The notes under the pieces are model-generated. The model was given only the letters and a program-made list of their open reading frames with translations. It was not told where the DNA came from and made no database searches. Below are positions 10,401 through 20,792 of a stretch of 64,000 bases of DNA, piece after piece. The stretch comes from Oedothorax gibbosus (Eukaryota), in assembly GCA_019343175.1 (NCBI GenBank), contig CM033278.1, forward strand, positions 14,929,400-14,993,399, given 5' to 3'. Each line of letters opens with the position of its first letter. Position 1 is the stretch's first letter. The position numbers and the translations under genes are program-made.

Positions 10401-13400
10401 ATGTCCCGCAAGAAATTATTTAAGCCTGAAATTACTAAAGTAGCATAAGTATCCTACCTGATTAAAGTGTTCACTTTTTGAACATCAATATTGTACAGTT
10501 TTTTTACAGCCATTCTAACTTGGGGCTTGTTAGCTTTCTTGTTTACAATGAAAACCAGAGTGTTGTTATCTTCTATTTTTTTCATTGCAGACTCTGTGGT
10601 TAGTGGATGCTTAATTGTGGACCATTGGTCAAACCTAAAATAGATAAATTGGAAGAAAAAACAATGTATTGGTAAAAACATTTCAATCAGTATAATTAAA
10701 AACAAGAGACTAAAGACAAGTGATAGCGACTAGGTATAACCATAAATTTTATAAAAAAACAAGCATACAACTTTAACTACTATGTTAAAGAGGACAGAAA
10801 TTTTTAAGCCTTTTAAGTATTTTAAAGAAACTACTCTACTCCTCGGCGCAACAGCCCGTTAATGGGCTAAGGCCTGCTGTGCTCATTATTAAAATATTTC
10901 AAAGAAATACTAACAAAAATGTTTGTTAAACACAAATCTTTTCTTAAATCAAGTTAACTCCAATTTGATCTCATAACTGAAGAGCTTAGTGGAAGAACGT
11001 GCTAAGTGATAAAAAGGTGAAAACGGGAAAACGAGATTTAAAGTGTCGTTTGCACTCAAATCTGTTGAAAAATATACTAAAATAGCTTAAGAAAAAGGGG
11101 AAACTTGTTATCGTTAAAAAAGTTAGTAATATGTTTATTGACACGAAAATCTCAATTTTTTCAAAAATGTCATTTAGGCGTTCTTCCGCTAATCTCTTCA
11201 AATATGATACAGGTTAATTCTATTTCTTTTGTAACAAGTTTAAAAAATGGCAACCCAATGGGGAACTTGCATGTATTTTTTTTTTAATTCTTTTAAAATA
11301 ATCTCCATGCAAGTCTAAGAACATCGACATAAATTTTACCTCAATCCGACCATTAGTTTATTTTTAATTTTTAAAGTTTCTGATTTGCCCCGCCCCTTGA
11401 AAACGCTGCCTCTGGCCTTCCCTCCTCGTGTGACGTCAGTCGACCTGACTGGGAAAGCCAGAGATAAGCGGCCGCTGTGTTTTGCGAATGTCACTCTTCC
11501 TAATGCTTTTCTTATCGCGTCGAATCCATTAAAGTTATGTAAATTTTGGAAAATATTAGTGCATACGAATGTTGCATAGTACCTTGTTGTAATAGTACCA
11601 CGAAAAACCCTTTAGAAAAGCAGTTTTTTTTATGTTCCTTGAGTTGTAAAAAAAATGTGTGTGTTGATACATAGTTAGAATTAAGAACCTTAATATAACA
11701 GACTTATGTTATAAAATAAATTTCTATGCAATTATATTATGTAATTGTATTAATTTGTACTTATAATTTAACTATATATATAAATGTTGATTAAAATTAA
11801 ATTTAATTGATTGAAATACCTGTATTTAAGATTGGGAAATATTTCTCATTATTACAGGGATTCGACAAAATAATGCACACACATTGCAATTTTTAAATTA
11901 AATCACATATTTTATAAGTTAGTTAGATATAATTAAAATGCTTTTAACGCCTTGTAACACGTGTTACGACAAACATGTTCGAGCAGATATATTGTCTCTT
12001 ATGTAATTATGTGGAACGCAGAATTCAAGTTTTGTACATTATTCTCGTAACAAGTTTATCCAATCCCTGTAACTATGAAAAATATTTCCCATTCTTAATG
12101 CAGTTATTGCCATAAATTAAATTTAGTTTTAATTTGTATTTGAATTCATAGAAGCAATTTAGTTTATAACATAAGCATGTTATATGTTACAATTAAGAAT
12201 AAAAATACCTGCTTCTTCATTCTACAAAAAAAGGTTCAAAATACATTCTTGAACCTAACTATCAACACGTATTTTTTTTTTTACATCGCTACGAAAACTA
12301 CAACAAGTAGGTGTGTAACAGTATAGCTTTCACCTAGAACCTCTTTCACTTTTTAGAAAAAAAATCGTAAAACACAGCATTTACTTCTAATTTATACTTT
12401 AGTTGCCGAAATTGCCGATCTTCATTAAACTTTCTTTTGCAAATTAATTCAAATTAAAAATGGCCAGATAAATTAACCAACTCCCACTCTCTCTAAAACT
12501 TTTTTTAATACAGTATATGTACAGAATCATTTCTAGCCTCCGTGGACCTTTAACAGTGCCAGTTACACCTGGAGGAATTATCTCAATTTTCTTTTTAAAT
12601 ATGCATTAATTTTTTGGTTTTTCAACTTTTAAATATAATTTTAACTGAAATTTTTTTTATGAAATTTGGTTTAATTTTATTATTGATTTAAATAGTTTCT
12701 GCACTACAAATTAAGTAATTTAAATTATCTAATAAGTTAAATGCTTAATAAAAACATTCTGTAATTAATTGATTTTTTTTCCAATTTATTGCACTTAATT
12801 TTTATTTTAAAAATAAAACATTAATTGTTTATTAAATGATACAAACATTAATTGTTTATTAAATGATACAAACATTAGTTATGTAAAACAAAAACTAATT
12901 AATGTCCATAATTAGTAATAATAAATTAGCAGAAAAAAAACTATTAACATTGGAATAGCTCTATTTACATTGGAAAATTAAATTATTTTTTTTAATTAAA
13001 AACAATTTTAATTAAAAATAATTTTAATTAAAGTAATATTAATTAAAAATATATAAATAAAATTTATGACAACCACCCCACCCCCAGAATTCTTTTCTAG
13101 TCGCGCCCTAGGTGACGGAAGGTCATAGCATTTTTAAGACCTTCCACTTTTCTTTTTTAAGAGCTTCCAACTTTATAAACGTTCTGTGGGAGCTGAAAAA
13201 AAATTTCTGGTGTAATTTTTTCGTGGTACTATTACAACACTACTATGTAGCATTCGTAAGCACTAATATTTTCCAGAATTTACATAACTTTAATGGATTC
13301 GACGCGATAAGAAAAGCATTAGGAAAAGTGACATTCGCAAAACACAGCGGCCGCCTATCTCTGGCTTTCCCAGCCAGGTCGACTGACGTGACGCGGGGAG

Positions 13401-16400
13401 GGAAGGCCAGAGGCAGCGTTTTCAAGGGGCGGGGCTAAGCGCAAACTTTGAAAATTAATTAAAAATAAACTAATGGTCGGATTGAGGTAAAATTTATGTC
13501 GATGTTCTTAGAATCGCATGAAGTTTCATATACAAATGGTATTTCGCTATTTCCCGACACATGCAAGTCATTGCCTGGTGCTTGATGTGTAGGGACGGTG
13601 GCATCACCAGCATTTGGACTAATTACAACTGATCATGGCACACACGGAAAAGACTACCCCCACTATTAAGTTTAATTAGGAGTTAGAAATGCTCGAAAAA
13701 CAAGAATTTCATGAATTAAGATGAAGCGCTACAACACATCTTAACTGTATTAGCAAATATTATGACACCACTAATCTACCCTGAATTCATTCACCTGGAC
13801 AAAAAATTTATTTGAGTAAACTAAATGCCAACAAGTGCTAGATTGAAAAAAGTACATTCCATAAAACATTGTGAAACATTGCTTCCATATCGAAAACTGA
13901 ACAGTTGTCTACTAAAGTACATGAACATTTAGGGTTGACAAAAAAATTATATGCAAATCTCTATAAAACAAATAAAAATAATGGTCTGCCAGACAAGCCT
14001 CCTCGACTAGTGTGAACAGAATCATGATAAACTAGGGAATCTGTAACAAACTATGTTCACCAGCTTAGTAAAGTGTGGCGAGTGAACGGCTATTGGCCCA
14101 TGGGGGAGACTAAATTATATCGACAGTGAAAGCAAGAGTTTGTCAACACTTTCATTCGTAACTCTTTTGTAGGTATTAGTACCAACATCTATTGTAAGTG
14201 AATGCCCTGAATGGCCAGGTAAAAAATACACATTCTCGAAAGTCTAACCAAGATATAGCAGGGTTCATACTCCTTTTGAGAGAAAAAAAATCAAGGACTT
14301 TCAAGGCTCTCAAATGTGAAATTCAAGGCTAAACCAACGCAAGTGGGACTTGGACAAAAGCACTTTTTCACCAAAAAATAAGCACTTATGATGCAACAAA
14401 TCCGCAATTGCACGACTTATAATAAAAACTACGGCTAGACAGTTAGCGCTTTTTGGCTGATTGTTAAACAAATTAAATCAGCCAATATGGACCGATTATT
14501 TTTTTTTTACCAAAGGCCGAAACGGATGGAGAAAAAAAATCAAATGCAAAATTAAGTTTGCTCATGTGAAAACAAAAAAAAGTATTATTTTAACCATGAC
14601 CATGTAATTTTATTTTTAATTTAGGATTTGTGTGTTGGTTTATTTAGTAATTACAGCAGGACTCTAATTATCCAAAGAAATTTGGACCTAACCATAATTA
14701 ATTGGAAATTCGGATAATTGGAGTTGATCTGAAAAAAGTACATTTTAATCAATTACTCAATGTATTATTGGGCTGTGCGGGAGATAATGTAGTTCTAGTT
14801 TCGATCATCATTAATCCAACCACATCCAATTGTTGAAAATCACGATGAAAAAAGTTGGTATTAACAGTTCTGATAACCTAGTCTCCGTAACTTTGACTAC
14901 ATTTATTTTGTTGTCCCAAAATTGAAGGATTAGGTCGCATTTTGCGACTAGGCGACTGTAAATTTCGAACCCTGCTAAACAGCAAACACCTAATTTGAAT
15001 TTGATTTCATTGACCAACTCAGAATGTTGTTTCCCTTAAAAATAGAACTGTTTGTTAAAATATTATATCTTAATTCATCTTGGAATTACCTTAAATAATT
15101 TAATAATTAAAACAGCATTTTTAGTTTGATTTTTTTTTACTTTCTCCATCTAACACAAACATACAAGTTAACAAAAATAATATAGACATTTTCACTTTTT
15201 TATAAATATGAAAATATTATATCAGGTAGATATAATTTATTAAATTTTATTATTTTAATTTGTTAAAAGAACATAATTTTAAGTTTTGCATGTATCTTGT
15301 CTATATGTACATAAAAGTTAGTGAAGTTTACTTTTAAATATCTTTTACATAACTTTCAAATTCACATTTAATATTTTTTCGAATAACTAAAAATTTATAA
15401 TGGCTTTCACAAAACTTCTGAGATGTGCCAAGGTTCAACCAACAGATTAAAAATATAGATTCTTATTACCAGAAAACTACTTTATACGCACGTAATCGCG
15501 CAAGTCTCTGACGATTCTACTATCCCAAACCAGAGGTGATCCTTCTGTCTCAAACCAGAGGTGATCCTTTTGTCCTAAAACTCCCGCGATTTAACTATCC
15601 CAAAATTCCCGCGATCCAACTGTCCCGAAACTCCCGCGATCCAACTGTCCCGAAACTCCCGCGATCCAACTGTCCCGAAACTTCCGCGATCCAACTGTCT
15701 CGATACTCCCACGATCCAACTATCCCGAAATTTCGGCAATCCTACTTCCCGAAATTCTGGCGATCCTAGTATCCCTAAACTCCGGTGATGCTACTATAAT
15801 GTCCCGAAACTCCCGCGATCCAACTATCCCGAAACTCCCGCGATCCAACAGTTCCGAAACTCCCGCGATCCAACAGTCCCGAAACTCCCGCGTTCCTACT
15901 GTTCCTAAACACCAGCGATCCAACTATCCCGAAACACCAGCGATCCAACTATTCCGAAATATCTATATTCCGGCGATCTATATCGCGAAACTCCGGTGAT
16001 TTTACAACCGAAGGATTTTGGCTATTCTGCGATTGTAAAATGTGGCCTTCCGGCGATTTTAAGGGGGGGAATACCAAAATAAAGGATATCAACGATCGCG
16101 CGGAAATTTTTTTGAAAAAGTCGCCCATCCTTGAAAATAGTTGACAAAATGCTGAAAATAGTCGCTTTTGCTTGATTTTGTCTAAAAAAGTCGCCGGGGG
16201 TCGAAAATAGTAGCAAATAGTCTCCTTTTAGTCGCCACTGGCAACCCTGATTATTGGACTACATATTTTTGGTCAGGTGAAGATGATCATCTTCTAATAG
16301 GGGATTGCACTGGCCGTTGCCGATATTTGAAGACATCTTAGTGTAATCTAATCTTAATTCATCCTCAAAATGTAATTAAAAATTTTATTTATCTTTATTA

Positions 16401-19023
16401 TTAAAATCAATTATTTAAACTAGTTATTTATCAAAATTTAAGTTTAGTTTTCATCGATATAGATCGAGAATGAAGGATTTTTTTTTTTTTGGTAGGCATT
16501 AATGTTCTGGAAAATTTGAGGTCTTGGTTTTAAAGCTGACCCCATTGTTCAAGTCGCGATCTTGGCTCAAAATTTCTCGATTATCTATTTATATCCTAAC
16601 ATAGTATATACCTAAATTTAATGAGTTGAAAGGTGTAAGTAGCAGACCATGACGATGTCGCGAACCAAACATTGTAATAAGAAATAAAATACCTAAACGT
16701 TGATTCTGACTGTTTTGAACCGATAAAGAGCGCGAAAAAGAGGACTTCACTGCGATAACGGTGCAAACTTGAAAATATTATGAGGCATCGAGGTTTGGTT
16801 GACCAATCACTCCTGAACTAAAACTATAAAAATAACTAGAGACACCTATGCGCTTTCGCCGCAAACTAGCATATACTACGAAGCATTGAAATTTGGTTGA
16901 ATAAAGTTCTGTCTTGATATAAAACTTTGGAACAAGTTAAAGCCGAAAAAATTTAGCCTCTGTTAAAATTCAAGGATTCTCAAGGCTAATAGGGTAAAAT
17001 TTGCTTTTTCAAGGCCTTGAAAACGAAATTTTAAAATTTAAGGTTTTCAAGGCCGCGTACGAACCCTGATATAGTATCCAGCCAGCCTATTGCCGACTTT
17101 AAACAATCGTAACTTCCAGACAAATTTGCCAATAAACTGTCCGGTCCATATATCTCGTTATACTTTCGTGAACTAAGAACTAGACGTTTCAAAAGACTAT
17201 CTAGAAAAATACGTTGAAGAGGCACAAAATCATTTGCTCAAATGCTATGCCTATTTGAGTCCCCTTTTACTAACTAAACTAGATAACAATTGAAGAGTAC
17301 AGGGGAAAAACACTAAATTGGCTAGGACTTCCCGACATTGACGACAGGAACTTTTCGCTTGTTTCTTCTCTCACGCAACAAACGTGGGACTCATGGTTGC
17401 TGCGAGAGAAGAACCAAGAACCAGTTTCCTGACACCAGTTTAGACGATGACTCGCTATCGTCGCCAACGAGGCCTGATGCTGACAGATATCTTGTCGATG
17501 AAGAGGTTTTTCCTCTGGACTCTTCAATTTATACTTATTACAACAAAACAGAAACCAATCAAACCTACCTTGCACGCCTGGGACAACTCTTCCTTGGGTA
17601 CTTGGGTGACCTCTTCAGGGACAAGGTGACAGGTCTCCTGAACTGGACAGTTGTCCTGATCTTCCTCACCCTGGTGCCATGGGCTCCCTTGGTGACTTTC
17701 CTCTTGGCAGCCAGAGCCTTGGCCTTGCCCAAGGCTGGAGTCAGCTTCTTGCTCTTGGGAACAACTTTCTCAGACTTGGTGGCAGCAGGCTTGGGTGCCG
17801 GGGGGACATTCTCCTTCTTGGTCTCCTTGGGTTTCTCGGTTTTGGCCGGTTTAGGGGCAGCGGCTGCAGCTGCCTTTGCTGTTGGTGAGGAAGAATCATA
17901 ATTTTAAAAGAGTGAAGTTGCTAAATTTTTTAGGTTGTGAGACTTCCTCGTAAGGAAATTAGGGAACTGCAGCGAAAAAATTCTCTGGCAATGAGAGCCA
18001 GCTGAGGGAGAGCTGTCCTGATTTGGCGAATTCCATTATGATGGGGACAAATACAACTTCCCTGGGCAGCCCTTTTCCAACAGGCAACATCTTGTAAATT
18101 GTATGTTCCAAAATCAGTAAACCAGCCTATATCAACGTCAGGGTGCTTTCAAAAGTTATTTTTAAGCATCTGCTTTGGAATAGTCTGTATTTAAGTTACC
18201 AAATTTTACCAGTACAGAAGATAGGACTTTACCCTGTTATGCAGAATAAGATACATGAATTTTGTTCACATTATAGTCATAACTTTCTGGAAAGCCAGAT
18301 AAATGAGCACTCAAGTTGTTTGGTAAGTTAACTTTAATATGTTGTGCTAGCCCCTCAGCACGGACAAACGATTTAAAACACCTTTAAATTAATGGGCACA
18401 GAAACAAAGGTAAGGAAGTTTACTTCAACTAATAGGAAAGCAATTAAAAAGCAATGCATCTTCCAACAAAGTAGACAAATTCAACAATCGTCCCTCAAAG
18501 CTTTTGTATGTATGGCGAGTCAGATTTTAGACGTAGGTAAACACAACCTTGTTTATTTTTCTCATTTTAACTACTAATTAGGTCACAATATATATTTAAG
18601 AATTAAAAAAAACATTAAACAACAAAAGTTAAGATTTACATATTCCCACCCATAATACTTACATATAATGTCACATTACAATCAGTAAAATTAGGTGCAC
18701 CGATGCTTTAGGCTTAAGGAAAGGAAACACAGAAATCAATGCTCCGCGTTAATTTTTAAAACATTAATATTGTTTTTACAAGAGGAATTAAAACGCTTCT
18801 AACTTAAATATGGCTAGTAAGATAAAAAAAAACTTATGATTATAATAAAACATGCAAAATTTATAACACCACGAGGAACATGACTCTTGCCATGTCGAAG
18901 GGTACATTAAAACAACTTTTACAAAACATTCGAATGACCAATTAAAATTTTAAATACAAATTTAAGAAGAAAAACAAATACAGTACGCTTTTCTGCCGCT
19001 CCTTTCTTGGTCTTCGGTGGCAT
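7391..19023 (-). CDS. RPL23A: 60S ribosomal protein L23a (uL23) gene: 5 coding exons at 19023-18987, 17878-17569, 10634-10458, 8909-8840 and 7405-7391; 609 nt = 202 aa + stop
   Basis: Spliced translation is [12 protein letters not shown]|[104 protein letters not shown]|[59 protein letters not shown]|[23 protein letters not shown]|IGII*. All junctions are AG/GT and phases agree (1/2, 2/1, 2/1, 0/0). C-terminal blocks match eukaryotic L23a. Track ORF 17338..17901(+) is antisense to exon 2 and rejected. Confidence 0.85.
8840..8909 (-). CDS. RPL23A: RPL23A exon 4 ([24 protein letters not shown])
   Basis: Acceptor tttttttttag| at 8910-8911 and donor AAG|GTAATG at 8839. Confidence 0.9.
9425..9943. 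mobile_element. MITE (~520 bp) with TIR CAGGGTGGTAACA…TGTTACCACCCTG and internal TTCCCTGA(T/G) sub-repeats; possible 5-bp TSD CTATT
   Basis: TIRs read directly. Flanks are TGCCTATT and CTATTTAT. Lies in RPL23A intron 3. Track ORF 9784..9969 is inside it. Confidence 0.55.
10458..10634 (-). CDS. RPL23A: RPL23A exon 3 ([30 protein letters not shown]…KVNTLI)
   Basis: Acceptor ctattttag| at 10635-10636 and donor CAG|GTAGGA at 10457. Frame matches track ORF 10454..10705. Confidence 0.9.
10984..11197. mobile_element. Copy 2 of the MITE at 1246-1494 (same TIR family)
   Basis: Aligned by eye with copy 1. Track ORFs 10986..11201 and 11105..11287 are artefacts. Confidence 0.5.
11305..13520. mobile_element. 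Non-autonomous DNA element (~2.2 kb) with ~290-bp terminal inverted repeats (11305-11600 and 13210-13520) around an AT-rich, ORF-less core
   Basis: The TIR pair is near-identical when reverse-complemented. Each TIR has a GC-rich block: GCCCCGCCCC, TGACGTCA (CRE-like) and GCGGCCGC. Mirror-image track ORFs 11385..11579(+) and 13243..13425(-) lie in the TIRs and are rejected. Confidence 0.65.
14259..17068. mobile_element. hAT-like non-autonomous element (~2.8 kb): termini CAGGGTTCATAC… / …GTACGAACCCTG, subterminal TTCAAGGC repeats, imperfect flanks AGATATAG / ATATAGTA
   Basis: Termini and subterminal repeats read directly. Carries the minisatellite at 15530-15990. Also holds further CAGGGTT-type ends with GTCGC subterminal repeats (14930-14983, 16140-16246), suggesting nesting. 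Lies in RPL23A intron 2. Confidence 0.5.
15530..15990. repeat. 25-bp minisatellite, ~18 head-to-tail units (GTCCCGAAACTCCCGCGATCCAACT), GC-rich variant
   Basis: Periodicity read directly. Units abut with no unique spacers, so it is not CRISPR. Track ORFs 15536..15769, 15720..15923 and 15799..15999 are artefacts. Confidence 0.85.
17569..17878 (-). CDS. RPL23A: RPL23A exon 2 (310 nt, GC-rich, Lys/Ala/Pro-rich N-terminal extension)
   Basis: Acceptor cctcaccaacag| at 17879-17880 and donor GCAAG|GTAGGT at 17568. A G6 run at 17800-17805 sits inside the exon. Confidence 0.8.
18987..19023 (-). CDS. RPL23A: RPL23A exon 1 (ATG + 34 nt; [12 protein letters not shown] + 1 nt)
   Basis: ATG at 19023-19021. 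Weak donor AAGC|GTACTG at 18986/18985. TTTATATAAA lies 12-21 nt upstream of the ATG. Confidence 0.6.
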
Positions 19024-19855
19024 TTTTTATTAATTTTATATAAACGTTATTTCTTCGTTTACGGCGGCACACCACGTTTCAGATTGCCAATGCCGAAATG
19101 AGTGTTGCCACAATCAAAACACAACAATAAATATGTTTGTTTATCTCGTTGGTTTAAACATTTGTTGTATAGAGCTACACACCTATACTTGGTTTGGTTT
19201 GTTTAAATAGATAGTTCCAGTGATATGTATTGTTTAACTGAGTAAAAGGTCATGTCGCAAGAGTAAATTTATTTTTTAAAAAATCTCTATCAAAGCTGTT
19301 TAATCCACTTGGCAAGATTTTATGTGCACCAGTCCCTTAACGATAACCGGATAACGTTGTTATTCATTGTTGGATTTAGCCATTTTGGTCCTTTCTGCAG
19401 GATCCATTAAACAGATTGCTGGACATGGATAGAACCTGATGTAAATATCGGACCAAGCCGGACACATATGCCGGAGTTATCTATATAGTTTATAGAATGG
19501 GCTTGTTTCAACACTTTATCAAAGAAACAAAACAACAAATGAAATCGCAGTTCGGAGAGCGTGACGTCTTAAGAATATTGTGTACGCTTATATTGTGTTA
19601 TCCCATTGCTGGCTTCGCGTCTAAAGAGGCAACACAAATGCGAAATGATATCGTTCTCTTCGATTGCGGTGCTCTCCAAGACCTGAAACATGACCATTAA
19701 AATATTTCTAACTAGCTTTATAAACCCGGCGTTGCACGGGTGCACCCTTAATAACCCCAGCTATATGATATAATGGCCTGTTCCTATTTCACAATTAGCA
19801 CAAAACGAAACTGCCAAAATGTGGTAAACATTCCACTTCATATTTCATACAACTC

Positions 19856-20230
19856 GATAGGGTTGGGAGACCCAGTTGGTAAAGACATATTTCGTCTTGC
19901 ATGCGGTAGGTCCCAGGTTCAGGTCCGGCCATCGCCCAAATAACTGCAGACCTATATGAACAGCTCTGCATCCAAAAAATGTCCGACGAATAATACCCCG
20001 TGTAAAGGATGGCACTTTAAATATCCTCCGAATTCCCAACGCTGCGTGCGATGTCGCCCTTAAAAGTTGCATTGGGTACCTACATAACGTGTCGGCTCTT
20101 AATTTGACTGTGGTTCTAAATTACGACTCCGGTTTCCAATAGCACTCGTGTGTAGCATTAATGCGGTGATAATTCAAACTAACCCTAACCCATACAACTG
20201 GAATGGAATAGCTACCCTACGTTAAATTTT
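19856..20230 (+). mobile_element. tRNA-derived SINE-like element. Its head (19856-19935) is tRNA-Cys-like: D-loop AGTTGGTAAAG, anticodon loop CTTGCATG (GCA), T-arm GGTTCAGGTCC
   Basis: tRNA-like boxes read directly, but the acceptor stem does not pair (GGGTTGG vs CCATCGCCC). It is therefore a SINE head or pseudo-tRNA, not a functional tRNA. The body TTGACTGTGGTTCTAAATTACGAC recurs inverted at 63620-63795. Confidence 0.45.
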
Positions 20231-20376
20231 CAACTTCGCTAAAAGCCGCCAATGCCAAAATTCAATCGACCATTACGCCATCGCATCTTAACATCAGAAA
20301 AACAGACATTCATCCTCTTGTATGGTTGGAAAAGTTTTATAAAGTACAAATTCCTTATTTATGCCTTATAATTCCC

Positions 20377-20792
20377 TATATGGTTAACCTAAAGATTCAT
20401 GGCCGGCAATTTTACGCCAAATCTGGTAACCCCGATGGCAACCTTTGGCGAAATTAGCAATTGCACAATTTCTAAATGTAAATCTATTTAAATCTTAAAC
20501 GCATATAATTTATTCTGAAGTTTTCTTATATTAATATTTTATTAGATGCTTACTGATTTAATATTATTTTTTAAAATCAATTCTTCGTCATTAAAGTTTC
20601 ACTTTTTTTTATAATCTGGTCTGCAATTTAATGAATTTTCTGTTTTAAGTCGGCCATTTAAAATTAGGTAGTATTTTTGGTCATTTCGAGATGGTAACCA
20701 TCTCGGCAAGTGCCGTGGTTGTTATCACTTCGACTTGGCGACATTTTGAAAATTCGCCAATTCGCCACGATTCTTTAGGTTAACCTATATTC
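20377..20792. mobile_element. MITE (~415 bp) with ~22-bp TIR TATATGGTTAACCTAAAGAWTC containing a GGTTAACC palindrome
   Basis: Both ends read directly. Internal CTTGGCGAC / TTCGCCAA motifs resemble the hairpin at 5164-5296. Confidence 0.5.

Noticed and set aside
15530-15990. Regularly spaced 25-bp repeats that could superficially suggest a CRISPR array
   Set aside because: Units are directly tandem with no unique spacers. The context is eukaryotic and inside a transposon, so this is a minisatellite.
17338-17901. Track ORF (187 aa, plus strand) plus overlapping ORFs 17447..17629 and 17679..17888
   Set aside because: They are antisense or shadow frames of RPL23A exon 2. The minus-strand frame gives a clear uL23 N-terminal extension with valid splice sites.
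19856-19935. Functional tRNA-Cys gene
   Set aside because: The acceptor stem does not pair and it is followed by a >250-bp SINE-like body that recurs elsewhere. Called SINE head or pseudo-tRNA instead.
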